Origin: Rickettsiales bacterium
Lineage (GTDB): Bacteria > Pseudomonadota > Alphaproteobacteria > Rickettsiales > JBIKYU01
Assembly (NCBI GenBank): GCA_044355085.1
Contig: JBIKYU010000004.1
Coordinates: 1-52,507, forward strand
DNA length: 52,507 nt
Direction: 5' to 3'
A program made the translations under genes and the position numbers. Within the stretch, counting starts at the first letter, position 1. The number at the start of each line of letters is the position of its first letter. This document shows positions 21,441-30,860 of this stretch, one piece after another. The notes under the pieces were generated by a model. It was not told where the DNA came from. It was given only the letters and a program-made list of their open reading frames with translations, and made no database searches.

Positions 21441-22175
21441 GGAAGCAGCAGCAGGCATTTGCACGAATTTCCGATTGGCTTGCGATTTTTTATGCAGAGT
21501 TTGAGTAATGGCTTGGCCTTCTTGTTGGCGTAGCACTGCAAGCAAGGCCAGGCCAAAATATCCAGGAATAGAAGTGCCGATTATCTCCCAAAAGCGGTAG
21601 GTTTTAATGAACCAGCGCTTGGTTATTGGCGGCGCATAGAGCGCACTTTGGCAGGATTCCAAAACCAAAGGAAATGCAGAAATTAGGTTGATAAGGTCGT
21701 GAGTGCTGAAGAAATTTCCGCGCGTTAATATGCGCTGACGAAAAAAACGCCAAGGGCTAAAGCGGTTTGGAACTAAAAGTAGAACTCGTCCTTGTGGTTT
21801 TAAAATTCGGCAGATTTCTTTTAGCAGTGTTTCGCGGTGGTGTGTGAATTCTAAAATATGAGCAACGATAACCATATCGGCGCAATGGTTGGGAAGTGGC
21901 AATAGGGACTCATAAGCAACACAAGAATGATGGCTTTTTGCAAGAGTAAGAGGCGGTTTCGAGGCAGCAGTTGGTAGAACATGAAATATGTTGTGTCCGC
22001 CTTCCTTGGCTATCGATAAGAAGGGCAAGGCATAGCCAATTCCAATGATTGTAGCTGGGGCGGAGTTAGGAAAAAGAGGCAAAAAAATACGTCGCAAGAT
22101 ACGAAATTGTAAGCGCCCGATGCGATCGGAATAAAAACTTTTGAATTCCGTTAGGCTGGGCCAGCTATTGCGCAT
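21426..22175 (-). CDS. Class I SAM-dependent methyltransferase-like protein (YafS-like)
   Basis: IIGIGYALPF, LPLPNHCADMVIVAHILEF, LKEICRILKPQGRVLLLVPN. Confidence 0.8.
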   Translation of the reverse strand: MRNSWPSLTEFKSFYSDRIGRLQFRILRRIFLPLFPNSAPATIIGIGYALPFLSIAKEGGHNIFHVLPTAASKPPLTLAKSHHSCVAYESLLPLPNHCADMVIVAHILEFTHHRETLLKEICRILKPQGRVLLLVPNRFSPWRFFRQRILTRGNFFSTHDLINLISAFPLVLESCQSALYAPPITKRWFIKTYRFWEIIGTSIPGYFGLALLAVLRQQEGQAITQTLHKKSQANRKFVQMPAAASSREH

Positions 22176-22252
22176 TTATTTACATTCCATGAAGGTTAGG
22201 AAGTCGAGCTATCTCTCGCTTCTGGTTAGCACATGGAACTGCAGTTAGACAA

Positions 22253-22283
22253 GAAAAGAAAAAAGGGCAGGAGAACCCTGCCC
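22253..22283 (-). terminator. Intrinsic terminator
   Basis: Minus strand GGGCAGG-GTTCT-CCTGCCC-TTTTTTCTTTTC. Confidence 0.85.
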
Positions 22284-22364
22284 CGTGTGAATATTGAAGA
22301 TCAATGCGCTATAGGAATGAGGAGGAAGGAAGGAAGGAAGAGGAATAATCGCGCATCAACCCTC
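22256..22364 (-). ncRNA. Candidate small RNA with pyrimidine-rich anti-SD loop
   Basis: -10-like TATATT 6 nt upstream of the stem; 14-bp stem that pairs fully only on the minus strand (G-U pairs); 41-nt UUCC/CCUCCU loop; own terminator. Confidence 0.65.
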
Positions 22365-22408
22365 GAAATGAATATAACCTGTGAATTGTGAAGACAATAT
22401 GACATTTT

Positions 22409-23338
22409 TCAACTTGGGGGTGATAAAGTTGTGGGCAAAGAAGATTTGCGACTGAATAGAGTGTTGGTGATTGTTGAGCTCGATCCGACTAAAGCGCCGC
22501 CAATGATGCAGATGAAGGCCATGATAAAACCAAGATTAAGCTCGATAACATCCAGGAGTGAAAGCCAAAAAATAGCAGATAGCGGGCCGATGTAAGAAAG
22601 CAAGCTAAGTGCTCGAATATTGCCGTGGCGAATTGCGTGTTTCCAAGCGATATAGGCGCTGCCGCTAGGTAAAAGCCCGAGAATAATTATGTAGGCAAGG
22701 CTGTTTGGTGGAGGAATTATGATTTCGTTTTCAAAAATAAAATGCAGCAGAGTTGAAAGGGCGGATGAGATAATAAAAACCAGCCCGAGGCTTTCTGATT
22801 GCACAGAAATATAGCGCGAACTTTTGTTGGAATAAAATGCCCAGCAAAAAGCAGCTAATATTGCGCAGACATGACCAATAGTGAATGAATGTCCTAAGTT
22901 TTCGCTTTGGATTTTTGCAAGAATAGATATGCCAGTTAAGCAGAGGAAAAGAGCAGCTTTTTCATTTTTTTGTAAAGGTTTTTTGCTTTGTTTTGCAGCC
23001 AGGAGCATGGAAATTACTTGCCAGCTATTGAGCAGCAGAAAAGCCTCGGCTGGTGGCGCTAAGCGTAGCGCAAAAATATAGAGAATATTGATGCCAAAAA
23101 TTCCCGTAAGGCTAAGGAGCAAATAAGGTGTGATGTTTTTTTGGCGCAGTAGTTTGAGTGGAGAAATTTTTTTTATTCTCCATAAAAAAAGAGACAGCGC
23201 GCTGGCGCAGGCAAACATCATTGCCGTCATTTGAAATCCAGGAACGCGGCCAGATAGAATGATTAGCGCTGGAGTGGTTCCCCAAAAAATTGGGCCGATC
23301 ATACCAATTAGCGTTGCTTTTAGCTCAGCTTGCGTCAT
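22409..23338 (-). CDS. DMT/EamA-family transporter
   Basis: About 10 TM helices, ALRLAPPAEAFLL, WAFYS, AWKHAIRHGNI. Start uncertain; ATG 23338 chosen. Confidence 0.85.
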   Translation of the reverse strand: MTQAELKATLIGMIGPIFWGTTPALIILSGRVPGFQMTAMMFACASALSLFLWRIKKISPLKLLRQKNITPYLLLSLTGIFGINILYIFALRLAPPAEAFLLLNSWQVISMLLAAKQSKKPLQKNEKAALFLCLTGISILAKIQSENLGHSFTIGHVCAILAAFCWAFYSNKSSRYISVQSESLGLVFIISSALSTLLHFIFENEIIIPPPNSLAYIIILGLLPSGSAYIAWKHAIRHGNIRALSLLSYIGPLSAIFWLSLLDVIELNLGFIMAFICIIGGALVGSSSTITNTLFSRKSSLPTTLSPPS

Positions 23339-23437
23339 TGTGTTTTGCTGTTGATGCACGAGAATATTTTTAGATTTTTTTGAAAAAAATAGTTTAAGGA
23401 GGGCGGCGAACATATGTAGATAAACAGAATGGTTCAA

Positions 23438-23603
23438 TTAGAACCTGGTGCAAAAATTTAGTTCCCAATACAAAATTAGATTTCTTTGCTCCTTGAAGTC
23501 GCAGCTGATGAGTTTTTATTGTACTCCGTTTTAAAAAATGCAGCTCCTACGCATGCTTCAAAATATGAAATTTTATCACCTGAAGATCTTGGCAATATTC
23601 TAA
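23438..23603. repeat. Degenerate palindromic (RPE-like) element
   Basis: TTAGAA...TTCTAA ends with imperfect IR (TTAGAACCTGGTGCAAAAATT vs TTAGAATATTGCCAAGATCTT on the other strand); internal GTACTCCG core. Confidence 0.4.
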
Positions 23604-23620
23604 AATTTTATTGAGGAAAA

Positions 23621-23866
23621 ATGGAAAAAATTCTGGAATCAATTTTCTTATTTATGTTGGTTTTCTGTGTGGTGTGGATGGCTGTTTTACCGATTGGAGT
23701 AAAAATGGAAAAATCTCCACAGCGTGGTAATGCTGCAAGCGCGCCAGAGAAAGCCTATTTAGGGCGTAAATTTATAGCTGCGTTTTTTATATCAGTTTCG
23801 ATTACTGCAGCGTTGATGTGGTGGAATGTTATGACGTTTTTTGTGTTATGGGCTTTGCAGCGCTAG
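23621..23866 (+). CDS. DUF1467-like small membrane protein
   Basis: MAVLPIGV...GNAASAPEKAYLGRKF pattern, two TM segments, GAGG RBS. Confidence 0.8.
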   Translation: MEKILESIFLFMLVFCVVWMAVLPIGVKMEKSPQRGNAASAPEKAYLGRKFIAAFFISVSITAALMWWNVMTFFVLWALQR

Positions 23867-23904
23867 TTCTGTGATCCGCAGAATACAACGTTGTTTTGGG
23901 GTAT

Positions 23905-23932
23905 TTGACTTGAAGACTTTTATTTCTATGAT
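23905..23932 (+). promoter_or_regulatory. Sigma-70-like promoter of acpP
   Basis: TTGACT-N16-TATGAT. Confidence 0.55.
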
Positions 23933-23989
23933 GCCCCCCCTATGCGTTTTACCAAATAATTAATGACTAACTATAAGTAAGGTATTCTG

Positions 23990-24232
23990 ATGAGCGATAT
24001 CGAAACCAGAGTAAGAAAAATAGTTGCTGAGCACCTAGACATTGAAGAATCAAAAATTGCTCCGAATGCGAGCTTTATTGATGACCTCGGCGCTGATAGC
24101 TTGGACCAAGTTGAATTGGTTATGGCTTTTGAAGAAGAATTCGGATGTGAAATTCCGGATGAAGACGCCGAGAAAATCGTAACCGTTCAGGATGCGATTC
24201 GTTTCATTGAGGCCAGTGCTGAAGCAGCGTAA
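23990..24232 (+). CDS. acpP: Acyl carrier protein
   Basis: [20 protein letters not shown]. Confidence 0.99.
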   Translation: MSDIETRVRKIVAEHLDIEESKIAPNASFIDDLGADSLDQVELVMAFEEEFGCEIPDEDAEKIVTVQDAIRFIEASAEAA

Positions 24233-24289
24233 GTTGCTTCAGATTTTTGTGTCCTTAGTTTTGTACGTCTTTCCTAGGAAATATGTGTG

Positions 24290-25546
24290 ATGCGTCGTGT
24301 TGTAGTAACCGGCTTAGGTTTGGTGACGCCACTTGCTTGTTGTGTTGACGAAACATGGAGGCGTTTGCTGGCTGGCCATTCTGGTCTGCGTGGCATAACC
24401 CGTTTTGATGTTTCTGATTTGCCTGCGCGTATTGCAGGTGAAGTTAGAGAAGCTTCCGAGCAGAATGGTTTTCCAGTAGATGATTATGTTGCGCCAAAAG
24501 ATCAGCGCAAGATGGATCGTTTTATACATTTTGGTTTGGCAGCGGCACAGCAAGCGGTTGAAGATGCGGGCTTGACGGCAGTTTCTGAGGAAGAAGGTGA
24601 TCGTGTTGGAGTCCTTATTGGATCTGGCATTGGTGGTCTTCCTGCGATTGAGGAAAGTGCAATTCTGGTGCATGAAAAAGGCCCGCGTCGTCTCAGTCCA
24701 TTTTTTATTCCATCAAGCTTGATTAATTTGGTCTCTGGCCATGTATCAATCCGCTATGGGTTCCGTGGTCCAAATCATGCAGTGGTAACTGCTTGTTCGA
24801 CAGGAGCGCATGCGATTGGTGATGCTGGTCGCATTATTCAATGGGGTGATGCAGATGTGATGGTTGCTGGCGGTGCTGAATCGGCTTTATGTCGTTTGGG
24901 CATGGCGGGTTTTGCTGCGGCTAGAGCTTTATCTACGCATTTCAATGAAACTCCTGAAAAGGCCTCTAGGCCTTGGGATCGTGACCGTGATGGGTTCGTT
25001 ATGGGCGAGGGCGCTGGCATAGTTGTTCTCGAAGAATATGAACATGCTAAGCGGCGCGGTGCTAAAATTTACGGCGAGCTAGTTGGTTATGGCCTTTCTG
25101 GTGATGGATATCACATAACTGCTCCGCATCCAGAAGGTGCGGGTGGTTATCGCGCGATGAAAATGGCGCTTGAGCGTGCTAATCTCAATGTTGATGCAGT
25201 TGACTATATAAACGCGCATGGCACTTCTACTCCGCTCGGTGATGAGATAGAGCTTGGTGCGGTGAAGCGTTTATTTGGCGATGCTGCTTATCGTCTTTCA
25301 ATGTCTTCAACTAAATCGGCTATGGGTCATTTGTTGGGAGCAGCGGGTAGTGTGGAAGCAATTTTCGCATTATTGTCTTTGCGTGATCAGATTGTTCCAC
25401 CGACATTGAATCTTGAAAATCCTTCAGATGGATGTGACATAGACCTTGTCCCGCTTGTGGCAAAAGAGCGCTCTGTGAAAGTTGCGCTGTCTAATTCTTT
25501 TGGCTTTGGTGGCACTAACGCCTCGATAATTTTTCAGAAGATTTAA
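24290..25546 (+). CDS. fabF: 3-oxoacyl-ACP synthase II
   Basis: MRRVVVTGLG, TACSTG, NAHGTST, KSAMGHLLGAAG, SNSFGFGGTN. Confidence 0.99.
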   Translation: MRRVVVTGLGLVTPLACCVDETWRRLLAGHSGLRGITRFDVSDLPARIAGEVREASEQNGFPVDDYVAPKDQRKMDRFIHFGLAAAQQAVEDAGLTAVSEEEGDRVGVLIGSGIGGLPAIEESAILVHEKGPRRLSPFFIPSSLINLVSGHVSIRYGFRGPNHAVVTACSTGAHAIGDAGRIIQWGDADVMVAGGAESALCRLGMAGFAAARALSTHFNETPEKASRPWDRDRDGFVMGEGAGIVVLEEYEHAKRRGAKIYGELVGYGLSGDGYHITAPHPEGAGGYRAMKMALERANLNVDAVDYINAHGTSTPLGDEIELGAVKRLFGDAAYRLSMSSTKSAMGHLLGAAGSVEAIFALLSLRDQIVPPTLNLENPSDGCDIDLVPLVAKERSVKVALSNSFGFGGTNASIIFQKI

Positions 25547-25548
25547 CA

Positions 25549-26532
25549 ATGAAACAGTTGCTGCGCAGGTTGATCTTTCTACTGATCTCCGGCGCCATAC
25601 TGGTGGTGACTGTCTGGATTTTTCTATTGTTTCGAGTTGAGTCTCCTGGGCCGCTTACAGATGCTCGCAGTGTTGTGATTGCGCCTGGTTCTTCATCACA
25701 AGAAATCGCAGCAAAGCTAGAGCAAGAGGGCGTAATTAGCTCGCGCTTGTGGTTCTTGTTATATCTGAAAAGCTATTTCGCTCACACAAGTCTGAAGGCG
25801 GGAGAGTATGGTTTTTTGCCAGCGCAAAACACGCGTTCAGTGATTGAAAGCCTGGTCTCTGGCGAAGTGGTAGAACATAGCGTAACAATTCCAGAAGGCT
25901 TGACCACAGCACAAATTTTATCATTGATTGCGGCGATTCCTAACATGGATGGAGAAGTGCCGCAGAATGCGCCAGAGGGAGTTTTTCTGCCTGAGACATA
26001 TCACTATCTTTACGGCGATAAGCGCGCAGATTTACTAAAGCGGATGGAGAGGGCGCAAGCAGAACTTATCGAGCAATTATGGCAAAAACGTGATCCTGAT
26101 TTACCGATAAAAACTGCAGAAGAGGCAATAATTTTGGCCTCGATTGTAGAAAAAGAAACGGGCCTTGCGGATGAGCGCACTCGTGTTTCGGCAGTGTTTA
26201 TTAATCGTCTGCGCAAAGGTATGCGTCTGCAATCTGATCCGACCGTGATTTACGGATTGACAAAAGGCAGTGGGGTTCTTGATCGGCCAATAACTTTGGT
26301 CGATTTACAAGCGCCATCGCCATATAACACTTATTTGATTAATGGCTTGCCGCCGCTGCCGATTGCTAATCCTGGGAAAGCAGCGATTGAGGCGGTTTTG
26401 CACCCGATGGATACAGATGAGATTTATTTTGTTGCCGATGGAACGGGTGGGCATCGTTTTGCAAAAACTTTAGAAGAGCATAATCGTAATGTGCAATATT
26501 GGCGTCAGTTTAGGCGACAAAACGCGCAATAA
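25549..26532 (+). CDS. mltG: Endolytic transglycosylase MltG
   Basis: N-terminal TM, TIPEG, LASIVEKET, LQSDPTV, SPYNTY, GLPPLPIANPG. Confidence 0.97.
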   Translation: MKQLLRRLIFLLISGAILVVTVWIFLLFRVESPGPLTDARSVVIAPGSSSQEIAAKLEQEGVISSRLWFLLYLKSYFAHTSLKAGEYGFLPAQNTRSVIESLVSGEVVEHSVTIPEGLTTAQILSLIAAIPNMDGEVPQNAPEGVFLPETYHYLYGDKRADLLKRMERAQAELIEQLWQKRDPDLPIKTAEEAIILASIVEKETGLADERTRVSAVFINRLRKGMRLQSDPTVIYGLTKGSGVLDRPITLVDLQAPSPYNTYLINGLPPLPIANPGKAAIEAVLHPMDTDEIYFVADGTGGHRFAKTLEEHNRNVQYWRQFRRQNAQ

Positions 26533-26589
26533 TTTTTGTTTGCCGAGTTGTGTTATAAAGTAACAAATATAGAAATAGAGAAAATATCG

Positions 26590-27189
26590 GTGTTGTTTGA
26601 TTTTGTTGTCTGGGGAATTATTTCCTATTTATGTGGTTCAATTCCTTTTGGCTTTTTGTTGACTAAATTGGCTGGTCTTGGCGATATTCGTAATATTGGT
26701 TCGGGCAATATTGGCGCAACGAATGTATTGCGTACAGGTCGCAAGAGTTTGGCTTTATTGACGCTTTTTCTCGATGGTTTGAAAGCGGTTTTGCCAATTG
26801 CGATAATATTATTTTTATATGCAGATTCTGAATTTATAGAGCCAATAATTTTGGCGTGGTTTGCGGGTTTTGCAGCGATTCTGGGGCATATGTTTCCCGT
26901 TTGGCTGAAAGGGCGTGGTGGAAAAGGCGTGGCAACTTCAGCGGCGGTTGTTTTGCTGCTGGCGCCGTTAGTTTTTGTTTTTGCGTTACTCGCATGGATT
27001 ACGGTTTTTTGGTGGAAGAAAACTTCTTCTCTGGCTGCTTTTGCTGCGCTTGTTATCGCGGTTATAGCAGGATTTATTTTTCAGCCATTGCCAGAAGCTG
27101 GCAGTGTTTTTTTCTTGGCGTGTTTAGTTTTGTCTAGGCATCGTAGCAATATCGAGCGTTTACTTGCTGGCCGTGAAGGTAAATTTTAG
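26590..27189 (+). CDS. plsY: Glycerol-3-phosphate acyltransferase PlsY
   Basis: GSGNIGATNVLR, GHMFPVW, GGKGVAT, RHRSNI. Start uncertain; GTG 26590 chosen. Confidence 0.97.
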   Translation: MLFDFVVWGIISYLCGSIPFGFLLTKLAGLGDIRNIGSGNIGATNVLRTGRKSLALLTLFLDGLKAVLPIAIILFLYADSEFIEPIILAWFAGFAAILGHMFPVWLKGRGGKGVATSAAVVLLLAPLVFVFALLAWITVFWWKKTSSLAAFAALVIAVIAGFIFQPLPEAGSVFFLACLVLSRHRSNIERLLAGREGKF

Positions 27190-27192
27190 AGA

Positions 27193-28245
27193 TTAGGCGT
27201 CGATTCCAATAATGTCTGTTATTGAGGTGACGCCTTCTTTGTCTAGCTCGGTGCTGAGTCCAGATAAAATACGTGGAATGAGAGAAAATCCTTCGTAAAT
27301 TAAGCCTGAATAAATTGCGACCAAGTCAGCGCCAGCACGAAATTTCAGATAGGCATCATTAGCAGAAGCAACGCCACCAACGCCAATTAAGGGGATATTT
27401 CCTTTGAGCAGGCGACGAAAGCGTTTTAATTGCGCAGTTGAGCGTTCGAATAAAGGAGATCCGCTTAATCCGCCAGATTCAGATGCATATTTGCTCTTCA
27501 AGCTCATTGGTCTGGTGATGGTTGTGTTGCAAACTATAAGCCCGTCAGTGCCTGTTGATAGCAGCACTTCAGCGATGTCGGTTTCATCTTGTGGCTCAAT
27601 ATCTGGAGCAATTTTTAGGAAAACTGGGACTTTACGATTGAGGTTTTCACTCAAAATATTGCGTGTTTTTATGATGGCAGAAAGCAGGCCCGTTAGCGCC
27701 TCTTTTTGTTGGAGCGCGCGCAAGCCAGGAGTATTAGGCGAAGAGACATTTACGGTTACGTAATCTGCATATGGAAAAACTCCTTCCAGGCAGGTGAGGT
27801 AATCGGAATTTTGATCAAGCGCATCTTTGTTTTTGCCAATATTTGCGCCGATTATTAGGCCCTGGGGACGATGGCGTAATTGTGTGGAAAAATTATGTAG
27901 GCCTTTGTTGTTAAAGCCCATGCGATTTATAATTGCGCCGTCTTCGCTGAGACGGAATAAGCGCGGTTTGGGGTTTCCAGCCTGGGGTTTTGGTGTGACA
28001 GTTCCTGCTTCAATAAAGCCAAAATTTTGTCTGGCGAGACTGTGTAGAGCTTCAGCGTTTTTGTCGAATCCAGCGGCAAGTCCGATAGGATTGCGAAAAA
28101 ATAATCCAGCGATTTGTTGTTCTAAGCGTGGATCATTATAGGGGCTGGCTTTGGGTAAAAAACGCAAAGCATGCAAGGCAAGATTATGCGCGTATTCTGG
28201 CGGCAGCTGGAACAAAAATGGGCGAAAATAGCGATATAAAAACAT
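27193..28245 (-). CDS. pyrD: Quinone-dependent dihydroorotate dehydrogenase
   Basis: GLAAGFDKN, INRMGFNN, NVSSPNTPGLR, KIAPD, GGLSG. Confidence 0.98.
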   Translation of the reverse strand: MFLYRYFRPFLFQLPPEYAHNLALHALRFLPKASPYNDPRLEQQIAGLFFRNPIGLAAGFDKNAEALHSLARQNFGFIEAGTVTPKPQAGNPKPRLFRLSEDGAIINRMGFNNKGLHNFSTQLRHRPQGLIIGANIGKNKDALDQNSDYLTCLEGVFPYADYVTVNVSSPNTPGLRALQQKEALTGLLSAIIKTRNILSENLNRKVPVFLKIAPDIEPQDETDIAEVLLSTGTDGLIVCNTTITRPMSLKSKYASESGGLSGSPLFERSTAQLKRFRRLLKGNIPLIGVGGVASANDAYLKFRAGADLVAIYSGLIYEGFSLIPRILSGLSTELDKEGVTSITDIIGIDA

Positions 28246-28507
28246 GATGTGAAAATGCTATGGAAAAAACATGGATTTTGTGGGTGTGCTTGTGTAGAAA
28301 CAACGCGCTTTTCTTGTTGCTAGTATTTTGCATTTAAATTTGCATGTCTATAGGTAAGAAAGGTCGTTGTTCCTTGGTGCGGCTATTTTGTTGATTTTCT
28401 CTTGTATAAAATTGCTTTTCTCAGTTTTTGAGTTAGGTAAAATTTACACAAGAAAAATTATCGAGATGTTTATAGAGTGCCAGAACGTGAGGGCAAGAGG
28501 GGGCCGA

Positions 28508-30832
28508 ATGGCATTTGGGCGAAGAGTAAAAAAACAGCAAAATAATTTTATATCCCTTGGTTTGGGATTTTTGTCGTGCGTGTTTTTTCCGGCTTTAGCT
28601 TTTGCAGATCCGCCAATTCCTGCGCCTGTCCAGGTGATTGTTGATATTCCAAAAACCATACAAATGGATGCTAATTCGGGCAAAGTTAAAAACGAAAAAC
28701 CAGGCGGCGCACCTGAGGTTATTGAAGGCAGCGGCGCGGTGCAGAGAGTTCCTGCTGTTCCCACAGAGCCAGTTTCGTCAATGCCACTTTCTGCTGATGA
28801 TGTAATTGAAGGCAGTTCTGGAATGGAATTGCCCGCTGTTGCTGGTGATTCGCTCCCTGCTAATAAAGATGATATGCCTTCAGAAGAGGAGATTTTTTCC
28901 GAGGTGGCGGAAGAAAAAAAAGATGTAGTTAATACTGATTCTGCGCAAACAACAGAAGCAGTGCTGCCAAGCGAAAACGGAGGCATGTGGGCGCTTCGGC
29001 GTGCATTAAAAGAGCGTTTGCAAAAAACTTTTTCTACGACTGCAGTAGCTGATAAAGCACCAGAGAAAAAAACAGAAACCGCTGCAGCTGATTCTGCTAA
29101 CACAGTGCCTAATTTAGAAAATCAAGCAGATCCAGCCATTGCAGGGCAGGGAGAAGTGGCGTCTACAGCTGGAACAAATGCCAATGAAAATATTGCTGCT
29201 GCGCCTGTAGATGTTGCAGCGCCAATTCCGACTGAGTCTATTGCTCCAACTACTGATGTCGCGCAATCTCCTAATCAAGCTGGAACAAATGCGCAGAGTG
29301 CTGAAACTATTGCAGTGCCAGAGCAAAAAAATTCAGCAGAGGAAGATTTTTTTGCAGGCGTTGCGCCAGTTGCAGATGAGCAAGTCACAATTTTGTGGCG
29401 GCAGTTGCAGGTACAAAATCCAGATTTAAAATTGGCGGAAGTTTCAGCTCGTCTAGGCGAATGCGGAGGATTGTTAGAGGCATTTCAGCAATGCAGTAAT
29501 TATCGCTGCAGCATAGAGCTATCCGCCTCTGGTATGAAACCAATTGAAATCGCGATTGAGAAGGATGCTGCGGCAAATTCTTGTGTTCTGCGAAGAGTAG
29601 CGCAGGCTGAGGAAAGTATTTGTCCGCTTAACAATGATAACCGTAATGTCTTTCAGGAAGAATGGCGACAATACCTAGCTGTTGGCGAATCGATCTATGC
29701 AAATAATTCTGGCAATGTGGCGGTGTTGAAAGCAAATTCTGTGCGGCAGAAATGCCGAGAAGAGATGCTAGCAAAAGCGGCGCCTGAGCCTGCGGCGATA
29801 AAAAAAGTAGAAAAGCTTGAGAGAAAAACTGAAGTTGTGGTGGCGGATAATTTGCAAAATCCACAAAAGGCTGAATATGCGCGCGCTGAAGTGGAAGCAA
29901 AAAAACTAGCGAAAAAAGAAAAGGAAAAGCGCGCTAATCAGGCGAAGCAGGTCGCGGTTGAGCAGGCAATTTCTAAGAACCAACCTTATTTCGAATATTT
30001 AGATAAAACGCGTAAACGTCAGGAAAAAAGCGACTTTGCGCAGGAGACTGATGAAGTATTTAAGCGCGCACAACGTGTTGTTGGTGGTGCGGCAATTCCA
30101 GATGAGAAAATTGAACATAACGATTCGCTATCTATTAGTCGCGGCAGTCAAAACAAAAAAACTCCTGAAAATATTGATGGTGTAAGAAGAAGCGATGGGC
30201 CGATGGATATTGCGGTGCGCGACACAAACAAACCCGAAGATTTTTTGACCACCCAGGTGCAGTTAGAATCGGCTTACCGCGCGCTTATGGCGGGGCAGAC
30301 GGAAGCAGCAATTGGAATATATAAGCAAGTATTGGTACAAAGTTCCAAAAACCAAACAGCATTATTTGGTATGGCAACGGCTTATCACCGCAATGGACAA
30401 TTCGATCAGGCGCGTCAAATTTATACCGAGCTCTTACAGCTTGATCCTAATAATATTGAAGCGCTGAATAATTTTTTGGTCTTGGCGGCGGAGGAATCTC
30501 CAGAAGATGCTTTGGTTGAGCTGAAAAAATTGGAGCGTTTAAATAGCGGATTCAGCCCAGTTGCTGCACAAATCGGCATGATTTATTTTCGCTCGAATGA
30601 TCTTAATAACGCCGCGCGTTATCTGAATCGTGCGGTGACATTATCGCCAGAGAATGTGACTTACCGTTATAATTTAGCGGTAATTTATGACAAGCTCGGT
30701 CGTTATTCTCAAGCTTCAGCTTTATATCAGCAGGTGGTGAAATCGGCAGAAGAAGGTCGTGCGGTGCTGCCTGTTTCGGTCTTGAGCTTGCGCGAGAGAA
30801 TGGCGTTTATTGCTACAAAGGTAAATTTGTAA
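28508..30832 (+). CDS. Large exported TPR protein with low-complexity N-region and Cys-rich central domain
   Basis: Signal peptide ending ALAFA-D, Pro/Ala/Glu-rich linker, six-Cys segment, C-terminal TPRs (YRYNLAVIYDKLG). Start ATG 28508 behind GAGGGG. Confidence 0.8.
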   Translation: MAFGRRVKKQQNNFISLGLGFLSCVFFPALAFADPPIPAPVQVIVDIPKTIQMDANSGKVKNEKPGGAPEVIEGSGAVQRVPAVPTEPVSSMPLSADDVIEGSSGMELPAVAGDSLPANKDDMPSEEEIFSEVAEEKKDVVNTDSAQTTEAVLPSENGGMWALRRALKERLQKTFSTTAVADKAPEKKTETAAADSANTVPNLENQADPAIAGQGEVASTAGTNANENIAAAPVDVAAPIPTESIAPTTDVAQSPNQAGTNAQSAETIAVPEQKNSAEEDFFAGVAPVADEQVTILWRQLQVQNPDLKLAEVSARLGECGGLLEAFQQCSNYRCSIELSASGMKPIEIAIEKDAAANSCVLRRVAQAEESICPLNNDNRNVFQEEWRQYLAVGESIYANNSGNVAVLKANSVRQKCREEMLAKAAPEPAAIKKVEKLERKTEVVVADNLQNPQKAEYARAEVEAKKLAKKEKEKRANQAKQVAVEQAISKNQPYFEYLDKTRKRQEKSDFAQETDEVFKRAQRVVGGAAIPDEKIEHNDSLSISRGSQNKKTPENIDGVRRSDGPMDIAVRDTNKPEDFLTTQVQLESAYRALMAGQTEAAIGIYKQVLVQSSKNQTALFGMATAYHRNGQFDQARQIYTELLQLDPNNIEALNNFLVLAAEESPEDALVELKKLERLNSGFSPVAAQIGMIYFRSNDLNNAARYLNRAVTLSPENVTYRYNLAVIYDKLGRYSQASALYQQVVKSAEEGRAVLPVSVLSLRERMAFIATKVNL

Positions 30833-30860
30833 TCGAACGTGAAATTTAAAAAGAGGCATC

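Noticed and set aside
22310-22350. CsrB/RsmZ-type GGA sponge RNA on the + strand
   Set aside because: The terminator U-tract, the -10 box and the G-U-dependent stem all indicate the minus strand, where the loop is UCC-rich.
28444-29103. 219-aa minus-strand ORF
   Set aside because: Ser/Ala/Thr-rich antisense mirror of the low-complexity region of the TPR gene.
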